53,023 bases of DNA from positions 1 through 53,023 of the IMG/VR virus record IMGVR_UViG_3300025674_000057. One strand, written 5' to 3'. Below are positions 1 through 9,499 of this stretch, piece by piece. The notes under the pieces are model-generated. The model saw nothing but the letters and a program-made list of their open reading frames with translations. It had not been told where the DNA came from and made no database searches. Origin of the DNA: a virus (Duplodnaviria; Caudoviricetes). The position numbers and the translations under genes were made by a program. Positions within the stretch are counted from its first letter, which is position 1. The number at the start of each line of letters is the position of its first letter.

Positions 1-1024
1 CTTTTGCTACAAGACCTTTTAAGTTTTTAGAAGGAACTTCGTGAGGGGAATGAATTCCCATCTTTGTTACTTCCTCAATTTCTTCAACTTCTTCCTTTTT
101 TACACATCGATTATAAGTTTTACCAAAGAGTTTCTGAGTCCCTTTTTTCTCATAACCTGGCCAACATTTTTTACCAGCTTCATCAATCATTCTACTACCA
201 ATACCGTCTGTTGGTTTTAATGGTTCTGGTTTAATGATATCGATAAACTGTGCAAAAGTTTTTCCATCTGCAGTCTCAATCTCCACAGACTCGGATTTAT
301 TTCCCCAATTTGCTGCACCAACTTTACGACACTTAACTAAAGCACCAGAAGCATATGCACTTGGCCAAACAGAATAACGTGACTTTACTTTATGGTAACA
401 AGCATCCTTTTTACCACTACCTTTACCTGGTTTATCTTTTACTTCCTGCAGATCGGTCTCTTCAGTTGCAACATTCGTTGGTTTTGCTCCACCAGTTTTT
501 TCTGGTTGATTTGGATCTTGGCGATTTTTTCTTCTTCTCGCAGTTTCCTCTTCTTCATCACTCAAATTTGCCGCCATTTTAGAACTACCACATTTTGGTG
601 TGGAAGTTTGTCCAGGTTGACGAGCACAAGGTTTACCTGCCCATTTGCCGCCCAATTGAACCCAACCTTTTTTACCATCAGAAGATTTTGATTTACCAAA
701 CCAATCACGAAGTCCTTCATCTCCAGACTTTGTTTCCTCATTGGTCACATAATCTGCTGCAGTATCGATATAATCTGCTGCCTTAGTAATTTTTGACTGA
801 ACCCATGCTTGTAATTCACCCTCACCTTTTTTACCCATCTTCTTTTGAAGACGACCGGCGGCATTTTTAATTGTTTTAATTTCTGAACGAGCCATTGAAT
901 ACTCGTGATCTTTCTTCTTTTCTTCGTTCATTTTTTTCTCTTTACCCTGACAATGGGCGCGTTGTGAAAATCCTTTTGGATCATCACAATTGATCGATTT
1001 TTTATATTTTTCAGACCAACCCAT
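1..1024 (-). CDS. Partial modular Lys/Glu-rich protein downstream of gp16 (runs off the left edge)
   Basis: Absent from the ORF track. Read by hand from ATG 1024: MGWSEKYKKSINCDDPKGFSQRAHCQG...DHEYSMARSE...WPSAYASGALVKCRK...KCWPGYEK; open to position 1. Confidence 0.8.
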   Translation of the reverse strand, partial: MGWSEKYKKSINCDDPKGFSQRAHCQGKEKKMNEEKKKDHEYSMARSEIKTIKNAAGRLQKKMGKKGEGELQAWVQSKITKAADYIDTAADYVTNEETKSGDEGLRDWFGKSKSSDGKKGWVQLGGKWAGKPCARQPGQTSTPKCGSSKMAANLSDEEEETARRRKNRQDPNQPEKTGGAKPTNVATEETDLQEVKDKPGKGSGKKDACYHKVKSRYSVWPSAYASGALVKCRKVGAANWGNKSESVEIETADGKTFAQFIDIIKPEPLKPTDGIGSRMIDEAGKKCWPGYEKKGTQKLFGKTYNRCVKKEEVEEIEEVTKMGIHSPHEVPSKNLKGLVAK

Positions 1025-1031
1025 TGATATT

Positions 1032-1460
1032 TTAAGATTCTTCTTTATTATTTAGAAAACCTTGTTTGAGTAATTTTGAAAGTTCTGACGTAGATCCAAC
1101 AAATAATGCATTGTTTGTTACGTTATTAGTTGTTTGTTTCATATTATCTTCTTCCATATCTTTTAGTTTCTTTTGCAAATCTAAAAGTTTATCGGTGGTA
1201 TCACCAACGCTTTTGATTATTTGTCCGGCAACTTCATATGCTCTAGGACTATCACTTTCCGATGCTAGTTCCATAATACCATTTAGAGCTTCTTGTCCCT
1301 TTTCTATTAGGGAATATAAATTTGCTCTAGTATATTGATAATCTTTTTTAATGTCCTCAGAATCCTGATTTTTGACTATTTCGGATGGTGGATTAGAATC
1401 TACGCTAACAATATTAGTTTCGGTGTTTAGCGATTTGCTTATAGAATCAAATTTATCCAT
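1032..1460 (-). CDS. gp16: Terminase small subunit (T4 gp16-like)
   Basis: DYQYTR..LY.L, SPRAYEV, NNALFVGSTSEL motifs; directly follows gp15. Confidence 0.93.
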   Translation of the reverse strand: MDKFDSISKSLNTETNIVSVDSNPPSEIVKNQDSEDIKKDYQYTRANLYSLIEKGQEALNGIMELASESDSPRAYEVAGQIIKSVGDTTDKLLDLQKKLKDMEEDNMKQTTNNVTNNALFVGSTSELSKLLKQGFLNNKEES

Positions 1461-1464
1461 AATT

Positions 1465-2514
1465 TTAAATTAGATCTGTGTTTCTAGTGTTGCTATATTC
1501 TCCTGCATCTTGGAAAAATGATGTCTCTTCACTAAATCCAAAATCATCACCAACAACAATTGCCGTATTATCTGCCTCACTCAATACATCAATAGAAGTT
1601 CCAGTAGTATGCGTTGCGGCAATTGTGTCATTATATCCTCTAACAACTGTGATAGAATCTGAAGTCTTAGATTTAATCTTCATAATTTCACTATCAATGA
1701 TAACTCTATCTCCAACAGAAAGAAGACTTGTGGAGGTAACTCCTACTAGAGTTTCTTGCGTTGTTAGGTCTTCACTCAATGAAGATGAATTATCATCATT
1801 ATAATCTTTCTTGGCGATAGGAGTTGCTACATATCTGACCTGTCTTCTAGCATTTTGAACATCAGTATTTGAATAGTAATCGACTTGAACCTTCTTAATG
1901 AGTCCGTCAGTGCTGTCTGCAATAGGTCCGAACAGATAAGTTTTTACTGAAAATTGCAATGTATAAATTAACGCTCTTCTTGTTGTGAAGTCTCCTTCGT
2001 AATCATCTTGGAAACTAATGTTTTCTAAAACTACTGGAATATCTCTCTTTTCACCAATAGAATCTACCAAATCAATAGTAACATTGAATGATGGTTGAAA
2101 AAATGGTAAAATTTGCTCAAGGATTTGTAGAGCATCATCATTTAATTTTGTTAGAATATTTAATTCAAATCCCAAGTTATATGGGACGGGCATGAAGACT
2201 TTTTTGACTCTGCTATTATTATCTACTGCTTTAAAAGTTTGCGTTACTGATGTTTTTCTTGTCGAATCATATTGAATACCGTTCATTTCGAAAGACATTC
2301 TTGGTAAAGTCAACTGAACTGCTTTATTCAGTTCTGCTTGCTGTTCAATTCTTGCGAGGAACTTTTGCATTGGACCATAAGCAAGAGGAACTTTCATCTT
2401 GCTTATAACTTGATTTGAGTTATTTTCGTGTGCAACATACACTTGGTTGAACAGTGTTCCAAAAGCAACAACTGTTTTACGTATTATCTCGTGATAAAAA
2501 TAAGTTCCTAACAT
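1465..2514 (-). CDS. gp15: Tail completion / sheath stabiliser (T4 gp15-like)
   Basis: YFYHEIIRK..FGTLFN, VPLAYGP..KFL, LPRMSFE, PVPYN, QILEQILPFFQP; gp13-14-15-16 synteny. Confidence 0.95.
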   Translation of the reverse strand: MLGTYFYHEIIRKTVVAFGTLFNQVYVAHENNSNQVISKMKVPLAYGPMQKFLARIEQQAELNKAVQLTLPRMSFEMNGIQYDSTRKTSVTQTFKAVDNNSRVKKVFMPVPYNLGFELNILTKLNDDALQILEQILPFFQPSFNVTIDLVDSIGEKRDIPVVLENISFQDDYEGDFTTRRALIYTLQFSVKTYLFGPIADSTDGLIKKVQVDYYSNTDVQNARRQVRYVATPIAKKDYNDDNSSSLSEDLTTQETLVGVTSTSLLSVGDRVIIDSEIMKIKSKTSDSITVVRGYNDTIAATHTTGTSIDVLSEADNTAIVVGDDFGFSEETSFFQDAGEYSNTRNTDLI

Positions 2515-5063
2515 TAATATGTACCAAAGGGATTAGATTCTGTAAAATCAAGAATAAGATCTGCTTCTGCTTCTATTTCGTCATTATCACTGTATTTATC
2601 ATAAATGTCTCTATCGTCATATGATTTAACCGAATACCTAGCAGAAGATGAAGATCCAACAATAACTTCTCCAGCAGCAAATGCTCCATCGTTTATAGAA
2701 ACTTTCAATACATTAGTGCTAGAATTCCATTCTTTAACTCTTGCTGTAGTTCCAGTAGTTGATCCTGTTACAATCTCATTAAATTCGAAAGTTCCTATTC
2801 CTGCAGTTACTGGTGGTGCTGCAGCAGAAACCGTAGGAACTAATATATTAGGAATGTAAATATAACCTTCACCAGGGTCCTCAATATAAATTTCATCAAT
2901 CTCTCCAGCACTATTGATTGTACTTCTAGCGGTTGCTGTAGATATACCTGGAATTATATCCTTATAATTCTTCTCATTAACATCATTAGTTATTGTTACG
3001 GTTGGTGGAGACAAGTATCCACCACCACCTTTAGTAATTATGATTCCAGTAACAATTCCGCATTGATCTATACCAAATTCAAATACAGAAGTAGCAACAC
3101 CAACATTTGTTGGGGTATTTGAAATTGTAAGTGAAGTTGAACCAATTCCAGTTACATAAGTATCTTCTGGAATAAAATTATAAGAGTCGCTATGTCCTAT
3201 TGCTAATCTTACTCTATCTCCAACTATAATATTTGTTGTAGTGATACCTGTTATTGTAGTTGAACCAATACCAAGAGTTCCTGTAGTTTGAACCGAGCTA
3301 ACACGCAATGTAGCAATACCAGTCGCTCTGAAAGATTCTCCTGCACCACCAGATCCAGAAATACTAACAGAAGGCACTGTTCCTGATGCATAACCATATC
3401 CACTATCTGTAACAGTGATACCAGTTACAGTTCCTGCTGCAGACACAGTTGCAGTTGCAGTTGCTCTTGTAGCTCCAGTACTTCCAGAGAAAGTAATATT
3501 TGGTGGTACTGTATAACCAAATCCGATTGTAGCACCAGTTCCAACTGCCCAAGCATCTACCTCATCGAAAGATACTGCTGTTACTATACCTGTAATTGGA
3601 TGAATTGTAGCAACGCCTACTGCCGCTGTAGTGGGCGGAACGATACCATATGATCCTCCAGTGCTAATCGCTACCGTAGGAGCTGTTGTGTACGCTCTAC
3701 CGGTGGTGCTAAACGCAATAGAACCAGGATCAATAGAAGATCCATTGATTCCTCCACCAATATCAATGGTTGCAGAAGCATAACTAAATCCTGGATGGTC
3801 TATAGTAACAGTTGGGACATCTCCGTAGTATTTTCCTTCAGATCCAGGAGTAACAGTGATACTATCTACAGTTCCACCATTTGTTGCATAATCAGTCATG
3901 GTTGCAGTAGCAGCCGCTGACTCTCCAGTTCCAGTTGGTAGACTAAACGTAACTGTTGGTGGAGTTTTGTAGAATACACCTCCAGTTGTCCCACCTGGGA
4001 ACAGGTAACTGGATGATCCAATGCTTATTGGGGCAGATAAAACACTAACACCAGCACCAATTGGGAAGTCTATAATAGCAGTTGCTGCAGCACCAACATG
4101 TTTTGGTGGAGTAATTGTTATTTCTGGAGCAACGACATATCCAGTTCCACCATCATCGACAACTGTTGCAATTACACCCGTTCTCACAGTCTCTATACCA
4201 CATGTAGCAGCTGCTCCTACACCTCCACCTCCAGTAATAGTGATTGTTGGTGGAACTGTATAACCATATCCAGCGTTTGTTAAGATTATTTCTTTAAGGG
4301 AATATGATCCACCAATGGAAGTTGTTATTGCTACTGCAGTTGCTGTTCCACCACTCATTGGGGAAGTCGAAAATCCTATCGTTGGTGGTCTTGTATATCC
4401 TCTACCGTCTGCATTAATAAAAATATTTCTAACATATCCAGAATTGTTATCTAAAACTGGGGAAAGAGTAGGACTTCTACCAACACTAATAAGATTTAAT
4501 GTTGTAATAAAACCTTCTTCCTGAATTTGTGTGTCTATTTCTTCAATTGAAGTATCAATAACTTCATCCTCATATTCATACAATTCACATTTAAGTTCAT
4601 AAACATAAGTTTTACCTAATTGGTAAAATGGTTGCTCGTGCTCAACAAACTTAACTTCAAACAGTCTTTGCCCCAAAGGAAAATAAACTAAATCTCCTTC
4701 CCTTGGTCTTGATGATAAAACAATTTCATCATCATCCGCTGCTTCTAAAAAAGGTGAAACAAAATCTTCAAATCTTTCTTTTGAAATTGTTATTGTTAAT
4801 TCATCTCTTAATGATACGCCAAATTTAGTCATTAGATCGCCAGCACCAGAATATCCTTCGTAGGTGTTGACGTATGCTTCTATGGTAAAATTATCATCAA
4901 ACTTTGATGATTGAATTTCTCTGAATATAGAATCTCTTTTTACAAATTTTCTTGGAATATAGGTTACATCAATACCATAAATCTTCAACTGCTCATTAAT
5001 AAGCTGTTGAACTAATCTTTGTTCAGATGTTGAACCTTGAAGAAAAAAGGGATTTAAAGCCAT
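2514..5063 (-). CDS. gp14: Neck protein (T4 gp14-like) with a large internal repeat insertion
   Basis: MALNPFF..EQ.L..LI.E..KIYG, RPREGDLVYFP, FEVKFVEHEQPFYQLGK, C-terminal DFTESNPFG. Confidence 0.93.
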   Translation of the reverse strand: MALNPFFLQGSTSEQRLVQQLINEQLKIYGIDVTYIPRKFVKRDSIFREIQSSKFDDNFTIEAYVNTYEGYSGAGDLMTKFGVSLRDELTITISKERFEDFVSPFLEAADDDEIVLSSRPREGDLVYFPLGQRLFEVKFVEHEQPFYQLGKTYVYELKCELYEYEDEVIDTSIEEIDTQIQEEGFITTLNLISVGRSPTLSPVLDNNSGYVRNIFINADGRGYTRPPTIGFSTSPMSGGTATAVAITTSIGGSYSLKEIILTNAGYGYTVPPTITITGGGGVGAAATCGIETVRTGVIATVVDDGGTGYVVAPEITITPPKHVGAAATAIIDFPIGAGVSVLSAPISIGSSSYLFPGGTTGGVFYKTPPTVTFSLPTGTGESAAATATMTDYATNGGTVDSITVTPGSEGKYYGDVPTVTIDHPGFSYASATIDIGGGINGSSIDPGSIAFSTTGRAYTTAPTVAISTGGSYGIVPPTTAAVGVATIHPITGIVTAVSFDEVDAWAVGTGATIGFGYTVPPNITFSGSTGATRATATATVSAAGTVTGITVTDSGYGYASGTVPSVSISGSGGAGESFRATGIATLRVSSVQTTGTLGIGSTTITGITTTNIIVGDRVRLAIGHSDSYNFIPEDTYVTGIGSTSLTISNTPTNVGVATSVFEFGIDQCGIVTGIIITKGGGGYLSPPTVTITNDVNEKNYKDIIPGISTATARSTINSAGEIDEIYIEDPGEGYIYIPNILVPTVSAAAPPVTAGIGTFEFNEIVTGSTTGTTARVKEWNSSTNVLKVSINDGAFAAGEVIVGSSSSARYSVKSYDDRDIYDKYSDNDEIEAEADLILDFTESNPFGTY

Positions 5064-5893
5064 TATCCTATCATATCATAAGGTGGAAGTTCATGTTCTA
5101 GAGCCATCTTTGATCTCAACTGTTCTATCTCTCTTTCAGCATCTTCATAAATTTCTCTACCATTGAGTTCAAGACCTCCAGGTAGTTTGACTCCTCTAAA
5201 CTTAATTAAATTTTGACCCCACTGACGCTTAATGAGAGCAGTCAAATATCTCTTTAAAAAACTATCATTATATACTTGACTAAAATCTGAAGGATCTAAT
5301 GCTCTATAGCAATCAATGATCAAATAGTTATCAACATTTTGTGCTGACCAATCAATATCTAGATATAGTCTATCTTGTCTCTTATTAAATCTGACTTGCT
5401 TATCTGTAGTGAGTAAAAAGTCTATATCTTCAAGATAACTCTTTACCATAGAATACTGTAGTAATTCTACAGAGTTGAAATAGTATAAGTCATTTAGAAA
5501 TAACTGATACTTGATACTAAACATTCCACCAGAAACATCACTAGTATCAAACTTAAATATTTTTTCAATACCAATTACTGAATCTGGAACTTGAATAAAG
5601 TTTGAATTCTCATAAAACGTAAAAGACGTTCCAGTTGTAGCAGTCGCTGATGTTGATACTACACCAGTTCCACTAGGTGGTTTTGCTTTTCCACGATCAA
5701 TGTCGTCTTGGGTTATTTTATATTTCAAGAACATTCTTTCAACACCATCAAAATGACGCTCTTGGAAATACTGAAGAGCGTCATCTACTAGGTCATCAAT
5801 TTGATCATCATCAACATTAATTTCTAATACTGGCGCACCAAGTCTTCTTAAACAATAATCAATTAATCCTTGTCTGGTGCTTGGTTTAGCCAT
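5063..5893 (-). CDS. gp13: Neck protein (T4 gp13-like)
   Basis: LIDYCLRRLGAPVLEINVDDDQIDD, KRQWGQNLIKF.GVKLPGG..LNG. Confidence 0.96.
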   Translation of the reverse strand: MAKPSTRQGLIDYCLRRLGAPVLEINVDDDQIDDLVDDALQYFQERHFDGVERMFLKYKITQDDIDRGKAKPPSGTGVVSTSATATTGTSFTFYENSNFIQVPDSVIGIEKIFKFDTSDVSGGMFSIKYQLFLNDLYYFNSVELLQYSMVKSYLEDIDFLLTTDKQVRFNKRQDRLYLDIDWSAQNVDNYLIIDCYRALDPSDFSQVYNDSFLKRYLTALIKRQWGQNLIKFRGVKLPGGLELNGREIYEDAEREIEQLRSKMALEHELPPYDMIG

Positions 5894-6120
5894 TATTCAA
5901 CTCCTGATTGTTGATAATCTTCTACTTTCTTTCTACTCTTTTGTGGTTGTTCTCTAGACAATTCGGAAATTTTCAATAATAATGAATCTTTTTCATCAGC
6001 ATATTCTGTTTGGAGTGTTTTTAATTTTGCCTCCAATAAAATATTTTGATTCATTAAAGTAGATAATTTTTGATTGTATATAGTCACTAAAACATTAATA
6101 TCAACTTCACCATTATCCAT
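5893..6120 (-). CDS. Small coiled-coil hypothetical protein
   Basis: 75 aa, abuts gp13 and the fibre gene; heptad-like Leu pattern. Confidence 0.75.
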   Translation of the reverse strand: MDNGEVDINVLVTIYNQKLSTLMNQNILLEAKLKTLQTEYADEKDSLLLKISELSREQPQKSRKKVEDYQQSGVE

Positions 6121-6121
6121 G

Positions 6122-8833
6122 TTAGAATGTTCCTCCGTCTATAGTATCAGTCCAAGTTGGTTTGTTAGTGTAAACCGTAGTTACAGTATCAGGAACTATG
6201 GAAATATTAGTTCCATTTACTTTCAAATCGTTAGTTGTATCAAAGGTTCCTTGTACACCTATAATAGTTATAGTAGTTCCAGAACTTGTTGTTTTAACAA
6301 CACCATAAGCACTTGAGTTATTGAGTTGAGTTATTTGATCGCCTGCAGTTACAGAAGTTGAAGATGGTAAATCTAATGTGACTTCGGTTACAGCAGTAAG
6401 AATTTGAGTAGAAGTTCTAGTATTAGATGCCGTAGATGGATTGTTAGTAGATCTCTGTAATCCAGCATCATCAAAGAATACGACGCCATTGGTATCAAAA
6501 TCACCAGACTGATAGTAAATACCTTTAACGTCTAAGAATCCTTTTGTTCCACTTACAACACTATTTGTTATAGATGCATCTGGAATATAAGTCCATCTTC
6601 TACTACCATCTGCATGTGTTCCATTTGTTAGTGTGGTAACAGAGCTGTCTGCTATGGAACTATCATCAAATCCGAAGAATCCTACCTTGTTATTGGAAAT
6701 TCCTGAACTTGTATTGTAATCGAAGGAAACACCACGATCTGTACTAGTATCAAATGCGTGTGTTACTGTTAATTGTGTTGTTGTAACAATACCTGCAGAC
6801 GTTACTCCATCAATACGAACAGTATTTGTTCCAGAATCAAAGGAGTGAACAGTTGTTGTTCCAGCACCAGGTAAAGAAGCACTACCAGAAATTAAATCTC
6901 CAGTATTGATACCTACAAGAGAATCTACTACAATTTCAGAACTACCAGTTCCAACTGTAGTCATTACAGTTCTTACACTGCTTACGTCACCAAGATTTAA
7001 AATGGCTTCGTTGACACTTACAGAACTTGAGTTGACTGTGGTTGTAGTTCCATCAACTTGCAGGTCACCTTTGATGATGACTGTTCCTTCATTACTTAAT
7101 CCATCGGGGAATGGATCAATGAATAATTGATTTCCTCCACCAGATTGGGTGAAGATCATGTTGGACTTAATTCCAACATTATCAATTACAACACCACCTG
7201 TATTGGTAAACTCACCTACATGAGCAACGTCACCAGTGATATCAATGGTGTCTGAAACTGAATTTCCTAATGTAGTGTTACCATTAACGATTAAATCATT
7301 AGTAATCGTTACATTACCTGAGGTAAATGCAACTGCCCCAGCAACGTTCAGTGCTCCACCAACATTGAGGGTCTTAGCAATTCCAACTCCACCATCTACA
7401 ACTAATGCTCCACTAGTTGTATCAGATGAGTCTTGAGTTGAAGTAAGTTTAACCCGATCATTTCTAATTGTGGTGATACCTGTTGTAGCACCAATTACCA
7501 GATTTACTCCAGCACCAAGAACGTTTGCCTCAGTTACTGTGGAATTGAGTAAATTAAATGATGTTTGATTTGAAGTTAAATCTCCACCATCAACATTCAA
7601 ATCACCATCTAAATCGACGGTAGCATTTCTAATAGTTGCAACACCAGTCGTTGCACCCATTACGATATTGGTAGCTGCTCCAAAAGCATCTACCTTCGTC
7701 GCTGTAGTATTAAACAGCTCTTGTGTCGTTTGAGATCCAACTACTGTTGGATTATTGATAGTTAATGTTCCAGATGTAGCACCAATATCAATAGATGTTG
7801 CAGCACCAAAAGCATTAACAGTAGTTGCTACAGTATCGTATAGATTTTGGGTAGCATTTACACCAACTACCGTATTCGGTCTTAGTGTTAATGTTCCTGT
7901 TGTTGTACCAAGAGCAATTGTAGAACCATCGCCCAGAACATTAGCGGTAGTTACATTAACATCAAATAAATTTAAATTGGCGTTTGTACTATTAACATCA
8001 CCACCTTCAACATTAAGATCTCCACCAATGTGGACAGTCTTTCCTATTCCAACACCACCAGCAACTACTAGAGCACCAGTTGTTGTGCTTGTTGAGTCAG
8101 TTGTATCACTAATTGTGGTGATACCAGTTAGTCCAAGGTTACCACCAACAAATAAATTCTCCTCAATACCAACACCACCTTCAATAACCAAAGCACCAGT
8201 ATCTTTACTGGTGGATCCAGTGGTATCGGAAATGGTTATCGCAACACCACTAGCAAAATTCCAATCGGCACCTTCTACCTGAATTTTATCCGATGTTGCC
8301 TCATCATAATAAATTCTGGCGTCATTATCTGTACCAAATTGGAAGTGAATGTCGTCAGCAATTCTTATATCTGCTGTTGCTCCTGCTTCACCTCTTTCAA
8401 AGAAGATCGCATCCTTATCAGTATCATAAGACAGTCTTATATCATCACTAGTACCAAACTGGAGTTCATCGTTATCTAAAAACTGAACTCTACCAGTCCC
8501 ATTTGGAGTGATGGTAATATTTCCATCAGTATCAGTAGAAGTTAGAGCATTACCATCTAACCTTAAATTATCTACATTCCATACATCAATTTTGGAGCTA
8601 GAATCAACAATAACAGCAGAAGATGCTGTTAAAGTACCATGAACGTGATCTAGAAGATCGGTATAATATTTACCACCAATTTCTATCGGATTATTCGATG
8701 AATTACCGACAAAAAATCTTTCTCCCTTATTTCCCTGTGATCCAGATCCAATTGTGAGGGCAAGTTCACCGTAATTCAGGGTGGATGGGGCAGTCGTACC
8801 CGTAGATCTTTTGACCCTAATAATGCTTGCCAT
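6122..8833 (-). CDS. Fibre / tail-associated structural protein
   Basis: N-terminal IRVKRS..P..L.YGELA motif; GALVxxGGVGI repeated three times; Gly/Thr-rich; ends IDGGTF. Confidence 0.8.
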   Translation of the reverse strand: MASIIRVKRSTGTTAPSTLNYGELALTIGSGSQGNKGERFFVGNSSNNPIEIGGKYYTDLLDHVHGTLTASSAVIVDSSSKIDVWNVDNLRLDGNALTSTDTDGNITITPNGTGRVQFLDNDELQFGTSDDIRLSYDTDKDAIFFERGEAGATADIRIADDIHFQFGTDNDARIYYDEATSDKIQVEGADWNFASGVAITISDTTGSTSKDTGALVIEGGVGIEENLFVGGNLGLTGITTISDTTDSTSTTTGALVVAGGVGIGKTVHIGGDLNVEGGDVNSTNANLNLFDVNVTTANVLGDGSTIALGTTTGTLTLRPNTVVGVNATQNLYDTVATTVNAFGAATSIDIGATSGTLTINNPTVVGSQTTQELFNTTATKVDAFGAATNIVMGATTGVATIRNATVDLDGDLNVDGGDLTSNQTSFNLLNSTVTEANVLGAGVNLVIGATTGITTIRNDRVKLTSTQDSSDTTSGALVVDGGVGIAKTLNVGGALNVAGAVAFTSGNVTITNDLIVNGNTTLGNSVSDTIDITGDVAHVGEFTNTGGVVIDNVGIKSNMIFTQSGGGNQLFIDPFPDGLSNEGTVIIKGDLQVDGTTTTVNSSSVSVNEAILNLGDVSSVRTVMTTVGTGSSEIVVDSLVGINTGDLISGSASLPGAGTTTVHSFDSGTNTVRIDGVTSAGIVTTTQLTVTHAFDTSTDRGVSFDYNTSSGISNNKVGFFGFDDSSIADSSVTTLTNGTHADGSRRWTYIPDASITNSVVSGTKGFLDVKGIYYQSGDFDTNGVVFFDDAGLQRSTNNPSTASNTRTSTQILTAVTEVTLDLPSSTSVTAGDQITQLNNSSAYGVVKTTSSGTTITIIGVQGTFDTTNDLKVNGTNISIVPDTVTTVYTNKPTWTDTIDGGTF

Positions 8834-9063
8834 TAAAAGCTACCTCCGTTAATGTCTAGATTCTGTGTTGCTCCTGGAGTTAGGTCTAAAGTTGCATCCC
8901 ACTTATTAGTAGAACCATTATATACTAGAACCATTCCATTAGATAACCCACCACTTACATCAATATCGCTCAATCCAGCAAGAGTACCGGAGCTAGTTCC
9001 AGAAATTGAAGATAGAACTTTTATTGAGTTTTGTTGACCAACACGTACTTTTATGTCTGCCAT
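8833..9063 (-). CDS. Small virion structural protein
   Basis: LSDIDV..L.NG.VLVYN....KW collar-like repeat; ends INGGSF like the adjacent fibre; late promoter upstream. Confidence 0.75.
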   Translation of the reverse strand: MADIKVRVGQQNSIKVLSSISGTSSGTLAGLSDIDVSGGLSNGMVLVYNGSTNKWDATLDLTPGATQNLDINGGSF

Positions 9064-9132
9064 TATAATGACTCCTTAAAGATTGCATATGAATATAAAA
9101 CTGCCATCTTATAAGTTTCAGGATCTAAAGTA

Positions 9133-9140
9133 TATTTATA
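9133..9140 (-). promoter_or_regulatory. T4-type late promoter TATAAATA
   Basis: Exact consensus, intergenic, upstream of the 9063 ORF. Confidence 0.85.
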
Positions 9141-9141
9141 C

Positions 9142-9312
9142 TCACAATAATCCCATAGAAGAAATCACTTCCTGCTGCTTCAAATACAATTTACAATAAA
9201 GTTTTGCAAAGTCTCTACATTCTTCAAAATTTAGCAAATCGATTTGTCTTGAGTGTTTTTCATATTCAAACATCTTACCAACCGTTTCAAGATTAATTTC
9301 TTCTGGTTTCAT
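9142..9312 (-). CDS. 56-aa NblA-like two-helix protein (putative phycobilisome degradation adaptor)
   Basis: Below the ORF-track cutoff: MKPEEINLETVGKMFEYEKHSRQIDLLNFEECRDFAKLYCKLYLKQQEVISSMGLL. Size and pattern resemble NblA. The ORF is secure; the function is tentative. Confidence 0.5.
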   Translation of the reverse strand: MKPEEINLETVGKMFEYEKHSRQIDLLNFEECRDFAKLYCKLYLKQQEVISSMGLL

Positions 9313-9499
9313 TGATTAACTCCATAAGTAAACTTTTAATTTCAGAAACTTCACTTTTCAAAGATTCGATTTCTTGTTTTTGTTCCTGTTTATTCTTTTT
9401 CATTTTAGAATATTTTTGATACTCTAGTGTATCGCAATTAACAATAGCACCAGAGTTTTCGTCTCTGAACAAATTTGGAAATCCTTCTATTGGTATCAT
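9293..9499 (-). CDS. Hypothetical protein with C-terminal coiled coil
   Basis: LFRD..SGAIVN.D motif, as in the ORF typically following the DUF4815 gene in cyanomyoviruses. Confidence 0.8.
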   Translation of the reverse strand: MIPIEGFPNLFRDENSGAIVNCDTLEYQKYSKMKKNKQEQKQEIESLKSEVSEIKSLLMELINETRRN

